A stretch of 64,000 nucleotides of DNA from Octopus vulgaris (Eukaryota), in assembly GCA_951406725.2 (NCBI GenBank), contig OX597817.1, positions 53,072,001-53,136,000 on the forward strand, written 5' to 3'. A program made the translations under genes and the position numbers. Shown one piece after another: positions 12,958-28,712 of this stretch (positions are counted from its first letter, which is position 1; each line of letters opens with the position of its first letter). Under the pieces are notes generated by a model, which saw only the letters and a program-made list of their open reading frames with translations, was not told the origin of the DNA and did no database searches.

Positions 12958-13429
12958 TCAACTAACTTATATATCTATAAAAACAAACATTACTTGCATT
13001 ACTTGCAGTGAATACTGCTTCTTAATCGTCTTGTTTCTTTTTTAGAGCGTTTTGAGACCAGATAAGGATTCGTCTTAATATTTTACTTAACAGGCAAGTT
13101 TAATAGTTTATATATGTTGAATGCTGTCAGTGAACCCTAGGGTTCTGTAGGGTTCAGTTTTTCTCTCCTACTCACTTCCTTCAATACAGCAACGAAGTGT
13201 TTACTGCCCATCCAACAACGCTCATTCTTATACAAATGCCAATACGATTCGTTCGTCTTTCACTTAGCATCAACCGCACGCACTCTACACGTCAAAGCGG
13301 CATTGAGAGGAGCGCATCTCCCAGTGGGCCCATCCCAAAATTGTCTTCTTAAAAAGCAAAAGTAAAAAAAAAAACTGAAAAAAAAAAGAATTCAAGCACC
13401 ACATCCCCACTAAACAACAGCAGTAGTGT

Positions 13430-13600
13430 GGAGGCGCAATGGCCCAGTGGTTAGGGCAGCGGACTCGCGGTCGTAAGAATGCGGTTTCGATTCCCAGACC
13501 GGGTATTGTGAGTGTTTATTGAGCAAAACACCTAAGGAGGGGTGTGAACCCCGCTGTACTCTTTCACCACAACTTCTCTCACTCTTCCTACTTCTGCCAC
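13430..13600 (+). mobile_element. SINE family C (tRNA-derived head), partial
   Basis: GGAGGCGCAATGGCCCAGTGGTTAGGGCAGCGG A-box and GGTTTCGATTCCC B-box; same head as 27262. Confidence 0.8.
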
Positions 13601-13879
13601 AAAGCAGAGGAACAATGGTGTAACCCACTATGGTGTGGTAAACTTTCAGACCCTAGTCTAGATTGCGAATCCTCTGTACCCCATGATGGTTCAGCTCTCC
13701 ACCCGTTAAAAGCCACCGTTGATGGAATGAGGATAACAACGTAGCTTTCGCGCCCATGCAACCGCCAGTCTATCGCGTGTTGTGGGTGGATCTTCAAGTT
13801 GACACACGCATTCTTAGTAGCTTGGAGTAGGCTCGAATTAGAGATTATTCTTTGTGGCTAATGGCGTGAGTCCTGATTG

Positions 13880-13943
13880 GAAGAAGAAGAAGAAGAAGAA
13901 GAAGAAGAAGAAGAAGAAGAAGAAGAAGAAGAAGAAGAAGAAG
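13880..13943 (+). repeat. (GAA)n microsatellite
   Basis: About 21 GAA units. Confidence 0.95.
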
Positions 13944-14384
13944 ACAACAGCAGCAGTCATTCTGAGCACTTGCAATTGCTCCGTACACTGGGCCTCTCTA
14001 TGACTGAGGATCTCTTCTGGTGGTTGCACATTCTTACCATAGCCACAACTGTGTCCGAAGAACTAGCCCTTCTTTTTAGGACTCAGAAGTTATTTCACCC
14101 CCACACTACCCTGCCAAGTCATTCCTACAGTGGAGTACGGTCCACATATTTAATCTTAAAACACCAGTCATGTTGTGTATTTGAGCCTGAAGGTTTACTT
14201 GAGGGACAAAGCATGATATACAAATCTGCCGAATTATTGTGTATCCACAGCATGAAACTATTAGTAGCTCGTATTTAGATATTGTGTGTACTAAACTGTA
14301 TATATGTATATATGTGTGTGTGTGTATAATACACACACATACACACACACACACACGCACATATTCCTTTCATTTATTCTTTAA

Positions 14385-14573
14385 TTATTTCAGTCATTTT
14401 GACTGCTTCCGTGCTGGAGCACCGCCTTTAGTCTAACAAATCGACCCGGGACTTATTCTTTGTAAGCCTAGTACTTATTGTATCGATATCTTTTGCCGAA
14501 ACGCTAAGTTGCGGGGATGTAAACACACGGAAATCGGTTGTGAAGCAACGATGGTGGGACAAACACAGACACA

Positions 14574-14659
<86 letters not shown>

Positions 14660-14810
14660 CGACGGGCTTCTTTCAGTTTCTGTCTACGAAATCCACTCAC
14701 AAGACTGGTCGGCCCGAGACTATAGTAGAAGACACTTTCCCAAAGTGCCACGCAGTGAGACTGAACCCGGAACCATGTGGCTGGTAAGCAAGCTACTTAC
14801 CACACAGCCA

Positions 14811-14812
<2 letters not shown>
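14385..14812 (-). mobile_element. SINE family A near-full copy with internal (TA)n(TG)n
   Basis: Head GTGGCTGTGTGGTAAGTAGCTTGC, CORE-like GGCAC.TTGGG.AAGTGTCTT, internal microsatellite, 3' end GACTGAAA. Confidence 0.85.
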
Positions 14813-14863
<51 letters not shown>

Positions 14864-14934
14864 CTATATGCACCTACATATATATTCTTTTACTTGTTTC
14901 AGTCATTTGACTGTGGCCATGCTGGAGCACATCG

Positions 14935-15110
14935 TTAGCCACTACACACATTTTTTCTCTCCTTGCTTTTTCTGTGTCTCTTTCTGTAGAAGAGCGTAGG
15001 CTCGAAACGTAAAAGACTTTTTCTATTCCTGAGCGTTATACTAATACATCTGTTTGTTTTGTACACCACCTGTCTTCGTCTTTTGTTTTTTCGCAAACTC
15101 TCCCTATGCA
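14935..15110 (+). mobile_element. Short Penelope-like pseudo-LTR remnant
   Basis: Same sequence as 43812-43993 and similar to the terminal part of the GIY-YIG remnant at 42216-42400. Confidence 0.7.
14977..15017 (+). ncRNA. Minimal type I hammerhead-like motif (core CUGUAGA)
   Basis: CTTT-CTGTAGA-A-GAGC-GTAG-GCTC-GAAA-CGTA-AAAG. Confidence 0.6.
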
Positions 15111-15982
15111 TATATATATATGTGTGTGTGCGTGCGTGTGAGTGTGTTTGTGTGTGTATATGTGTACATGTATGTATGTATGTATACCTTTTGAGTATAC
15201 TAACATTCCGTTGTAGATGATGCACGTAATGCTTAAATGCTGTATGTAGGTTTGTGTGTATATGTATGTGTCTGTAAGTGCGTATGAGTTGCTGATGTAC
15301 AAGTTAAAGAAAAAGAGAGTAGTGATTAAGTCCATATAAAAGTTCGGAGAAGGAAGATGAGACTTTATACGCGTTGGAGGCGAGCGTTCAGGAAATAAGC
15401 TGAAAATAGAGAGCTGTCAGGTGAAATTATACACACAGATAAATAAAGTATACGCTGCCGGTTAAGCGGGGTCGAGTCGGGATTCTTGGCTGAAGAGTAA
15501 TATGGTGATCGGTAAATATAGGTTGTTTTATTTTCTATGTGTTGTATATTGTGTCTGTATATGTAATGAGAATAGCATATGGATACAGGATGTTTAATGT
15601 TTATAAAATTTTATATTAAGCAGTAATTAACTAAGTCTAATTAATCTTAGTAGTTACTTACGTCAAAAGCGTTTGTCGGTGCATATGTGTATATAATGTT
15701 TTTGTTTCGGAAATATATGTAACTGCGTACGCACACCTGTTATGTAAAGTGTCGATACACACACCTCACCCATGCTCAGACACACACACACAAACACAAC
15801 CAAACACACACAAACACAACCAAACACACACACAACCACACACACATACACACACATACATAAACATACACACATACATATATATATATATATTTATCTT
15901 TTACTTGTTTCAGTCATTAGACTGAGGCCATGCTGGGGCACCGACTTGAAGAATGTATTATGCCTCCTACACACACACACAT

Positions 15983-16036
<54 letters not shown>

Positions 16037-16352
16037 AGAGAGAGAGATAGAGAGAGAGAGACAGAGACAGAGAGAAAGAGAGTGAGAGAGAGAATAAATG
16101 CATACATATGTAATATGCCTGTAACACAGAAACCCATACACGCATATATTGGCATTCCTGTATTCTTGACACTAATTCGTGATGGGCATAGCAAGAACTC
16201 ATTTAGTCAAGAGTCAACTGGATCAGGACACCGACCTGCAGCTAAATCCCTACCGTCTTAATGAATGACACATTCTATTAAGTCTGGTACTTATTCTATC
16301 GGGTCTTGCCGAACCGCTAAGTTATGGGCACGTAGACACACCAACATATATA

Positions 16353-16388
<36 letters not shown>

Positions 16389-16521
16389 TGTATGTATGTA
16401 TGTATGTATGTATGTATGTATAGTTAATCCAAACAAAAACAAAGAGAATGTGCAACAACGCGAGGATGTGGAACAAGTATAGTGTTATTGGACGCTCAGG
16501 AAAGGAAAGAAAAGAAAGAGA

Positions 16522-16556
16522 ATTTAACGTTTCGAGCGGAGCTCTTCGTCAGAAAC
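16522..16556 (-). ncRNA. Minimal type I hammerhead ribozyme motif in a short repeat (16420-16610)
   Basis: Minus strand GTTT-CTGACGA-A-GAGC-TCC-GCTC-GAAA-CGTT-AAAT; canonical core, palindromic AACGTT at stem III. Confidence 0.7.
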
Positions 16557-16828
16557 ATAGAAAAAGGAAAGGTTCAAGGAAGAGAAGACGGAGAAAGAAA
16601 ATCGCCGTATGTATGCATGCATGCATGAATGTATGTATGTATGCATGTGTGCAGATTTGTATGTTTTGCTTTATGTATGTATTCTAATGCATATAGTTGC
16701 ATGTCAAGACATGCTCATAAATATTTAAAGAATAAACTTCTGGAGTCAATACAGAATTACAGATAGTATTTAAGGAATTTTGATTGTCGGGTGACTTTTG
16801 GCCAACCCTATATATATTCTTAAACAAA

Positions 16829-17383
16829 TACGAGGGTGAGTCAAAAAGTAATGAAATTTGGTTTAGGACAGTTATAATTACCACCACAGGAACATGTCTC
16901 ATACGTCAAAAGGAAGCTGGTCCTCTGTGGATCATATCGCTACTTCTCAACATAGTCACCATTTCTTTCAATAGCAACGTTCCATCTTCAAATGAAAGCA
17001 TGTATCCCTGCCCCGTAAAATTCTGTTCACTGTTCCTTAAGCCATTTCTTCACTACCTCCACACTCACCAGATTTAGCGCCTTCAGACTATCATCTCTTC
17101 GGCGCCACGAAAGAGGGTTTGAGAGGCAAACATTATTCCAGTGATGAGGAAGTGAAAAATGTAGTGAAGAAATGGCTAAAAAAGAACAGTCAACAGAATT
17201 TTACGGAGCAGGGATAAATGCTCTTATTCGAAGGTGGAACATTGCTATTGAGAGAAACTGTGACTAGGTTGAGAAGTAGAGATACGATCCACAGAGGACC
17301 AGCTTCATTTTGATATATGATCCTGTGTTGGTAATTATACCTGTCCTAAACAAAATGGCATTACTTTTTGACTCACCCACGTA
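16829..17383 (+). mobile_element. Internally deleted mariner element
   Basis: TIRs TACGAGGGTGAGTCAAAAAGTAATG / CATTACTTTTTGACTCACCCACGTA; retains transposase C-terminus HSPDLAPSDYHLF..GLRGKHYSSDEEVK. Confidence 0.9.
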
Positions 17384-17661
17384 TATATTCTTAAACAAGA
17401 CTTCGAAGTTGGACGATGGTTTAACTGGTTGAAACTGCGAAGTCACAGTCAGCAATATTCTTGTTGAAGAATAAATTTGTATTCTACAAAAGTATCAAGT
17501 AACCCATCAGTTTAATGTAAGATCCTTATTATTAGAACTAAACATAAAAACAAATATTAACATATGTGTATGTATGTATGTCTGTATGTATGTTTGTGTA
17601 TATATATATATGTGTATGTATATGTATATATATATATGCATACATACATACATACATACAT

Positions 17662-17734
<73 letters not shown>

Positions 17735-17737
<3 letters not shown>

Positions 17738-17901
17738 GCAGGAGTGGGTGGGTGGTAAGTAGCCTGCTTACCAGCCACATGGTTCGGGGTTCATTCCTTG
17801 GGCAAGCGTCTTCTACTATAGCCTCGGGCCGACCAAAACCTTGTGAGTGGATTTGGTAGACGGAAACTAAAAGAAGCCCGTCGTATATGTATATGTATAT
17901 G

Positions 17902-17933
<32 letters not shown>

Positions 17934-18100
17934 TGTATGTATGTATGTATGTATGTATGTATGTATGTATGTATGTATGTATGTATGTATGTATGTATGT
18001 ATGTATGTATGTATGTGTTTGTGTTTGTCCCCCAAACATCGCTTGACAACCGATGGTGGTGTGTTTACGTTCCCGTAACTGAGCGGTTCGGCGAAAGAGA
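17735..18100 (+). mobile_element. SINE family A copy with expanded internal (TATG)n
   Basis: Family A head and body. Confidence 0.85.
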
Positions 18101-18371
18101 TCGTGCCTGTATTTTGGTGCGCAAAAATAGGGAAATGACATAATTTTGGTGCGTAACAGTTATTCGCAATTGAGCATGGCACATCCGTTGTGAGGTGGAG
18201 AACATCACAAGAGGTGGGTAATCTTTTTTTTTTTTTTGTTCAGTCATTAGACTGCGGCCATGCTGGGGCTCGACCCTAAACAGCTTTAGTCGATCAAATC
18301 AACTTCAGTTCAAATTTTCTAACACTCATTCTATCGTCACTTTTTGCCAAAGGTGGTGAGACTCACCCATA

Positions 18372-18482
<111 letters not shown>

Positions 18483-18620
18483 TCACTCTGAGGGAGTCAG
18501 AGGGAGATGTATTTGTTTGCATAGATATGCATACGTTGATACTTACACGCGCACAATATATGTATTCATAGACATGCATGCAGAGATATGTATATACGTA
18601 TATAGGTATGAGGGGAAAGG

Positions 18621-18664
<44 letters not shown>

Positions 18665-18831
18665 AGAAAGAAAGAACGAAGGAAGGAAAGAAAGAAAGAA
18701 AGAAGGAAAGAAAGAGAAAGCGAGAAAGAAAGAAAACCGAAAGAATGAGACAGATTGACAAGCAGGCAGACAGACACAGACACGGGTGGCTAGCTAGCTG
18801 GATAGATAGATAGACAGACAGACAGATAGAC

Positions 18832-18903
<72 letters not shown>

Positions 18904-19164
18904 TGATAGATGGATAGATAGATAGATAGATAGATAGATTGATAGATAGGTAGATAGATAGATAGGTAGGACGTTAGGTAGGTAGATAGACAGACAAGCA
19001 GACAGACAGACAGATAGACTAACAGACAGAGAGATACAGATAAATAGATGGATAGACAAGCAGACAGACAGACAGACAGACAGAAAGACAGACAGATGAT
19101 AGATAGGCAGACAGACAGACAGACAAGCAGATAAATAGATAGATAGATAGACTGACAGACAGAC

Positions 19165-20127
<963 letters not shown>

Positions 20128-21097
20128 AGGGAGAGGGGAAGAGAGAAGGAAAGTAAGAAAGAAGCCGTTCAGCTTGGGAAAGTGTATCGGGTCATTCTGG
20201 CAGAACTCTCTGCAGCCGACTCTTCTTTCCTCACCAACTGAGATAAGACTAGGATAAAGTACATGTAGTCTACATAACCCTGAACCAGGCACGATGATCA
20301 TTGACAGAATGGTTTTGATTGTAGATAGAATTAGCAAGGGGCTGGGCTGGCCTAGGGTTAAACGACGATAAGAGCAAGTAAAAAAATTTTTTTAAATATA
20401 TATATATATACACTGACTTACCGTATTGCTGGTCGTCTTTTGGTATAAAGTACAGTATACGGCTGGATGAATATCAATATATATATATGCGTGTATATAC
20501 GTATATATGTGTGTGTAAATGTGGATATATATGTGGGAAATTGTGAGTGTGTGCGTATATATATATATATGTGTGTGTGTGTATATATATGTGTGTGTAT
20601 ATGTGGATATATATGTGGGTAATTCTGAGTGTGTGCGTATATATATATATATATATGTGTGTGTATGTGTGTTGTGTGTGTTGTGTGTGTTGTGTGTGTG
20701 TTTCTGTAGTATGAATATAGATGTATATATGTATGTATGTATGTATGTGTGTGTGTGTGTGTGTGTGAGTGTGTGTATATGTGTGTGTTTGGTGCCGAGG
20801 TTTGTTTGCAGGTGATGAATGTATCACAACCGTTGCTACTTGGTAGACTGGTTCAAAGTGAGAGCTTTCGCGAGACACACGTGTATATGTATGTATATGT
20901 GTATATATGTATATATATATACATATACATATATATATACCTGTATGTGTGTGTGTGTGTGTGTGTGTATGTGTGTGGATAAATGTGTGTTAGACTTCTC
21001 TTTGAAAATAAGCGTCGGGCTGTGCGCAAAACAACACTGCAGTTGCTTACGATTTTGTGCGCGCGTTTATTAAGTGCATGAGAATAAGACAAAGAGA

Positions 21098-21135
<38 letters not shown>

Positions 21136-21784
21136 AAGAGAAAGAGAGAGAGTGTAAATACGTGCGGTTACGTGTGTATACCTGTACCACTGTCGTTGTG
21201 TGTGTGTGTGTATGTGTGTGTGTGAGTGCCTACATATATTTATACATACGTATACCTATCCAATAAAACAATCATTTAAATAAATATGAATGGAAAATTC
21301 CTTGCTTTAAGGATGTCGTGAAAGGCCTGGGTGGAGGCCCAACCCCCTGAGTTCTTTTACAGAGCTAAGAAAAATTGAAGGACTGCTGCAATGAGTGTGG
21401 GAATCTGAGAGGGGAACAAGTTGAATAAAATCATAATTAACTGAACTCCTGTATTTTTCCTGAACTTTTCATCACTCCCTTATACATGAATACATACCTA
21501 CATACATACATATAACTTTTAGTCCTCCCTGGGATATACACACATATATATACATACACTCACACATATATACATACACTCGTTAATGGTAAATGTTTTT
21601 GATTTTCACTCTCGATGAATTTATCCCTTTTCTGTGTCCCTAGCACTTGGCATCCTTATTTAGGAGCCCTTAATTATATTTCTATGTGAATAATATTTTT
21701 CTATATAAATAATATTTTGTCAAATGACTAATTCGTCTTTTGTGCTGGACCACTGGTAGTAATCTATGTTATTACCCTTTTTTG

Positions 21785-21845
<61 letters not shown>

Positions 21846-22041
21846 TACATATATACATATATTATATATATAATATATACATACACACATATATTACATA
21901 TACATATATATACATACATGCACGCATACACACACATACATATATACATACCTACATACATACATACATATAACTTTCAGTCCACCCTGGTATATACATA
22001 CATATATATACATATATATTTACATACACACATACATATAC

Positions 22042-22103
<62 letters not shown>

Positions 22104-22287
22104 CACATATATTATATATAATGTGTATATATATATACCTATCAAAGTATCAAAGTATATATATATATATATATATACACATATATATTACATATACATA
22201 TATATACACACATGCACATACAAACACATACATATATTCATACCTACCTACATACATACATACATACATACATACGTACATATATGT

Positions 22288-22338
<51 letters not shown>

Positions 22339-22770
22339 TATACGCATAAACACGCGCACACACACACACACATACTCTTTCTCCGTCCTCTGTGTGTGCG
22401 CGTGTGTGTGTATGAGCGTATTTTCCCTGTTTCTTTTCTTTGAAATCCGATCATAAAACCACAGTTTTTCGGCGGTATTTTTTTTTTATATCTTTTAAAG
22501 AACTTAGCTTTATTTTTGTTTTTTGTTGTGTTGCTGTCTTTGAAAAATATTCAGCAACAGAAACAAACGGAAAGCACAATTAAAAGAAGCTGTAGAATAT
22601 TCTCGAATGCATCAATTTTCACTGCGCTGCAGTTACTTACATTTTGTTTTTGTTTGCTTGAAAGCTTGTTTGCTTGTTTGTTTGTTTGTGTTTCTAATAA
22701 CTTGTGCAACTAAATACAGCTCATTCATATATGTATCAAACGCTTCCATACATACACTTGCACAACCGTA

Positions 22771-22828
<58 letters not shown>

Positions 22829-22873
22829 CATACATATATATGTGTATATACACATACATATATATGTATATAT

Positions 22874-22950
<77 letters not shown>

Positions 22951-22955
22951 TACAC

Positions 22956-22989
<34 letters not shown>

Positions 22990-23028
22990 TTACATATATA
23001 TATATATATATTTTTATATACTCTTACT

Positions 23029-23260
23029 GGCGGCGAGCTGGCAGAAATGTTAGCACGCCGGGCGAAATGCTTAGCGGTATTTCGTCTGCCGTTACGTTCT
23101 GAGTTCAAATTCCGCCGAGGTCCACTTTGCCTTTCATCCTTTCATGGGTCGATAAATTAAGTACCAGTTACGCATTGGGGTCGATGTAATCGACTTAATC
23201 CCTTTGTCTGTCCTTGTTTGTCCCCTCTGTGTTTAGCCCCTTGTGGGTAGTAAAGAAATA
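23029..23260 (+). mobile_element. SINE family B monomer, full length, Tx1-like tail
   Basis: GGCGGCGAGCTGGCAGAAATGTTAGCACG head, GAGTTCAAATTCC B-box, Meta-like domain, tail TTTGTCTGTCCTTGTTTGTCCCCTCTGTGTTTAGCCCCTTGTGGGTAGTAAAGAAATA. Confidence 0.85.
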
Positions 23261-23580
23261 TATATATACTCTTACTCTCTCTTACTTGTTTCAGTCATTT
23301 TGACTGGGGCCATGCTGGCGCACCGCCTTTAGTCGAGTAAATCAACCCCCAGGACTTATTCTTTGTAAGCCTGGTACTTATTTTATTGGTCTCTTTTGCC
23401 GAACCGCTAAGTTGCGGGGACACCAATACACCCGCATCGGTTGTCAAGCGATGTTGGAGGGGACAAACACAGACACACAAACATATAGACACACATACGA
23501 CGGGCTTCTTTTAGTGGTTGGTATTCAAGCTACTTGCCACACGGCCACTCCCGTACCTATATATATATATATATATATGG

Positions 23581-23612
<32 letters not shown>

Positions 23613-23818
23613 CAAAGGAATTTATGTTTTATTCATATTCTTTATAATATTAATGTAGAATATAGAATATATAGTATAAATACTATATATATAGTAAAAT
23701 GAAATGAAGTATTGATTGTCTTATTGAATAGATGAAATATTGAATATCAAATATTAAGGGACTAGTATACTTTCTTGCATTTAAGCAGTCTTCAGAGTCC
23801 TAGGTTGTGACAGGAGTG

Positions 23819-23870
<52 letters not shown>

Positions 23871-24226
23871 GTTTCGCTAATGCATTGCAATACTGATACC
23901 CTGGTGCTAGAATTCATTATACGTTAGCTTTCGAATGAAACCACAACGGGGTACAGTGCGGTAAAATGAGATTGGGATGACAAAGAAATCAATGATTATA
24001 CATACATACATTTACATCCATACATATATCTACATCCATACATACATGTAAGCATGCATACATACATATAGGAGTGGCTGTGTGGTAAGTAGCTTGTTTA
24101 CCAACCACACGGCTCCGGGTTCAGTCCCACTGCGTGGTACCTTAGCCAAGTGTCTTCTACTAAAGCCTCGGGCCGACCAAAGTCTTGTGGGTGGATTTGG
24201 TAGACGGAAACTGAAAGAAGCCTTTC

Positions 24227-24272
<46 letters not shown>

Positions 24273-24321
24273 ATATATGCGTGCATATATGTATACATGT
24301 ATATATACATGTGTGAGTGAG

Positions 24322-24362
<41 letters not shown>

Positions 24363-24381
24363 TAATATGCATATATACATA

Positions 24382-24420
<39 letters not shown>

Positions 24421-25104
24421 CTACAAGTATTTATGCGTAAGTATATTTGTACACACACAGAAACAAGCATTCGAGCTTTTATTTGGTTGGTTGAACTGCT
24501 AGAAATAGCAGCCAAACCTCCTTCAAATGACCCGCTACCTGCAAAAACAAATACATTAGACGGCTCAGTACCAGGTAATCTTTTACTCATAAAGAATATG
24601 GAATCTTCGCACCTGCAATAGCTTTTCTTATACGTAACTTAACTACTACTACTACTACTGCTACTACTGCTACCATCAGATGTAGAAGTTGTGTGTTGGT
24701 GCGGTGCGCGTTGTGGTTGTGATGCTGTGCTAATATTTCCAAACGCTTCGCCTGCAATCCCAGGTGTACATACATACATACATACATACATACATACATA
24801 CATACATACATACATACATACATACATACGTACATACATACATACATACATACGTACATACATACATACATACATACATACACACATACATGCATTCATT
24901 CATTCAAATATGCATACCTACATACATATATACATATACACATATATTCATACATACATAGATTCATATGTACATTCTCACGTACGTATATATACACATA
25001 CATACGCGCATATATTCGTACAAACATACATAAATACGCACATACACTCATACAAGCATGCATATCTACATACATACATTCATACATACATTCTTACATA
25101 CATT

Positions 25105-25150
<46 letters not shown>

Positions 25151-25269
25151 CATACACGCATACATACGTACAAACATACATACATACATATATATACATA
25201 CACACACACGTACGTACGCATATATATGAATACAGTATGTATGTGTATATGCATGAACACATACATACT

Positions 25270-25531
25270 CTCTCTTTTACTCTTGTACTTGTTTCAGTCA
25301 TTTGACTGCGGCCATGCTGGAGCACCGCCTTTAATCGTGCAACTCGACCCCTGGACTTATTCTTTTTGTAAGCCCAGTACTTATTCTATCGGTCTCTTTT
25401 GCCGAACCGCTAAGTAACGGGGACATAAACACACCAGCATCGGCTGTCAAGAAATGCTAGGGGGACAAACTGAACCCGGAACCATGTGGTTGGTTAGCAA
25501 GCTACTTACCACACAGCCACTCCTGCGCCTA
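25270..25531 (-). mobile_element. SINE family A copy with internal deletion
   Basis: 3' half joined directly to the head. Confidence 0.8.
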
Positions 25532-26269
25532 TATATATATATATGTATACACGTGTGTATGTGTGTGTGTATTCATAATTACTAAATAAAAATATATTTA
25601 ATATGCGTATATAATAGAGTGAGGGACAGAATGGATGGTGAAAGATGAGAATCTTGTCTAAGGAAGTTACGTGTCGGTGGTGATGGGGAAGGTTCGTGAG
25701 AAGAGTGGAGATTGCCTGACACTCACACGCTAAACCATGCACACACAGACACACATACACACGCAAACGTTGCATGTAAAAACTTGTACACGCGCAGAAA
25801 CATACTAACATTCACACACACACACACACATACACACACATACGTTGCATATACACAAACATGTACACGCGCAGAAACATACTAACATGCACACACACAC
25901 ACAAACACACACACACATACACACACACTCACACATACCTATACATATAGATGCACATTTTGTTTTAAGAGTTTCCGTTATTGAGCAGAGATAAGACAGG
26001 AGGAAAGTAACTAAAATGGGTGTCGGCTACTTAAATATTGAAATTTGGCGGGAATATCTTTATAAACCGGAAGTACGAAAGTGAAAGTAGGAAAAAGAAA
26101 GTTAAACAAAACTCGTAACAATAGTTTAAGAATTAAGTTTTATCAAAATGGAAACGTGTGGCTTCGGGATTGTATTTATATATATGTGTGTATACATGTA
26201 CGTGGGTGTGTGTGTGCGTGTGTGAATGCATGTTTATGTCACTTTATATTTCTTTTCTCATTTTTTAAA

Positions 26270-26544
26270 ATCCTTGTTTCAATCATTTGACTGAGGCCAT
26301 ACTGGGGCACCGCTTTGATGAGTTTTAGTCGTACGAATCGATCCGAGTACTTATTTCTTTTTTAAAGCCTGGTGCTGATTTCATCGGTCTCTTTTACCAA
26401 ACCGCTAAGTTACGGGGCCGTAAATACACCAACACCGGTTGTCAAGCGGTAGTGGAGGGCAAACACATACACATACACACAGATACACGCACACTCACAC
26501 ACACAGAGATACACACACACACACTCACATACATACATGTATAT

Positions 26545-26639
<95 letters not shown>

Positions 26640-26842
26640 CATCACATATATATACGCAGACATAAATATATATATACACACACATATACATACGCTTCTT
26701 TCCGTTTCCGTCTACCAAATCCACTCACAAAGTTTTGGTGGCTCGAGGCTTTAGAAGACACTTGCCCACGGTTCAGTGGGACTGAACCCAGAACCATGTG
26801 ATTGGAAAGCAAACGTCCTACGACACAGCCACGCCTGCGCCT
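26270..26842 (-). mobile_element. SINE family A diverged full copy
   Basis: Head, internal microsatellite and 3' half all present. Confidence 0.8.
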
Positions 26843-27124
26843 AAATATTCATATATTTGATATTCTTAAACCACTGCTGTTTTGTGGATCAACCTTGGTT
26901 GGGAAAGACTAGGAGAAGCCCCTTGAATCACTGAGCGAAACGTCTAGCTTCAACTTGTCTTTGGAGTACTTAGCACTACCAGGGAGAGTCTTTACGATAT
27001 ATTGCAAGTTGCACAAGAGTTAAATTCTGCGCGGACCATTCTAAGGTCGTTGTTTGGAGCTGATGTTTGGAAAAGTCGTACTCGATAAACAAGTCAACAG
27101 CCATCATACACGCGCGCGCGTTCA

Positions 27125-27181
<57 letters not shown>

Positions 27182-27261
27182 TGATAGATAGATAGATAGA
27201 TAGATAAATAGAGAGAGAGAGAAAGACAGACATTGGATTAACTATATACATATATATATAT

Positions 27262-27563
27262 GGAGGGGCAATGGCCTAGTGGTTAGGGCAGCGGACTCGC
27301 GGTCGTAGGATCGTGCTTTCGATTCCCAGACCGAGCGTTGTAAGTGTTTATTGAGCGAAAACACCTAAAACTCCACGAGGCTCCGGCAGGGGGTGGTGGC
27401 GATCCCTGCTGTACTCTTTCGCCACAACTTTCTCTCACTCTTTCTTCTGTTGGCCTGCTCGCTTAGCCAGTGGGGTGGCGTCATTTGAAGGCTAAAACAA
27501 TGCGAAGCGCATTGTGACCAGCGATGTGTAACAACATCTGATAGCCTGGTCGGTCACGGTGAT
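27262..27563 (+). mobile_element. SINE family C full copy
   Basis: tRNA-like head; its 3' part recurs inverted at 60545-60652. Confidence 0.8.
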
Positions 27564-27568
27564 ATATA

Positions 27569-27667
<99 letters not shown>

Positions 27668-27734
27668 GACAGACAGACAGGCAGACAGCTGGCTAGCTAG
27701 ATAGATAGACAGACAGACAGAGATAGATTGATGA

Positions 27735-27805
<71 letters not shown>

Positions 27806-28399
27806 TACGTAAATATATACACACACCCACGCACAATATATATATATATATATAAACATCCAAGGTGCAAGAAGTATTTGAATTAATTATCAGCATATTA
27901 CTGGCTTTAAACCAATTAAATATATTTTATTTCTTTCAGGTCCCTTATGGCAGATAAGATACTCACACAACAAATTCAGACACGCTGTCATTGTTGCCAT
28001 GTGTACCAGCTCAGAAACAATGAACGCTACTATGAAAACAATTGTGCCAACTGCTGAATCCTCTACCATAAAAAAACTAGTAAATGCGTGCTTATCAATC
28101 CTGCCGTAAGCAGCAAATCCTGCTATTTCTGTACTTCTGAATCCTAAACACCAGGCAATGCAAACTCTGTACCAACAAAACTTACCACAATGTTAAAACT
28201 TGCTAACGCAGTAGCAATGCAAACGACAATAAAGAAAATAGCAGCCAGACATCTCCCATGAATGTCAAACCCTGCAAACCCTGTACCAATGAATCTTAGA
28301 TAACCTTCCAAAACGTTTCATGTTCATTTATGTTCTAAACACCAGCTGAATGATGGAAAAGTTATTTTACTAAGTTCTTTATTTTCAAAAGGTATATCT

Positions 28400-28712
28400 A
28401 GCTTCTGTGCTGGTGGCACGTATAAGGGCACCATTCGAGCGTGATCGTTGCCAACATCGCCTTACTGGCACCTGTGCCGGTGGCATGTGTAAAAAGATTC
28501 GAGTGAGGTCGTTGCCAGTACCGCCTGACTGGCACGTAAAAGCACCTACTACACACTCGGAGTGGTTGGCGTTAGGAAGGGCATTCAGCTGTAGAAACTC
28601 TGCCAAATCAAGATTGCAGCCTGGTGCAGCCATCTGGTTCGCCAGCCCTCAGCCAAATCGTCCAACCCATGCTAGCATGGAAAGCGGGCGTTAAACGAAG
28701 ATGATGATGATA
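28400..28712 (+). mobile_element. SINE-like 3' portion with (GAT)n tail
   Basis: Internal repeats GGTGGCA(C/T)GT, motif GGCGTTAGGAAGGGCAT.CAGCTGTAGAAAC, ends GTTAAACGAA(GAT)n. Confidence 0.6.

Noticed and set aside
13877-14278. Poly-Glu 133-aa ORF
   Set aside because: It starts at a non-ATG codon at a (GAA)n tract and the rest has no recognisable domain.
27262-27335. tRNA-like sequence (also 13430, 23029, 36826)
   Set aside because: These are SINE heads with A/B boxes that continue into repeat bodies; no complete cloverleaf.
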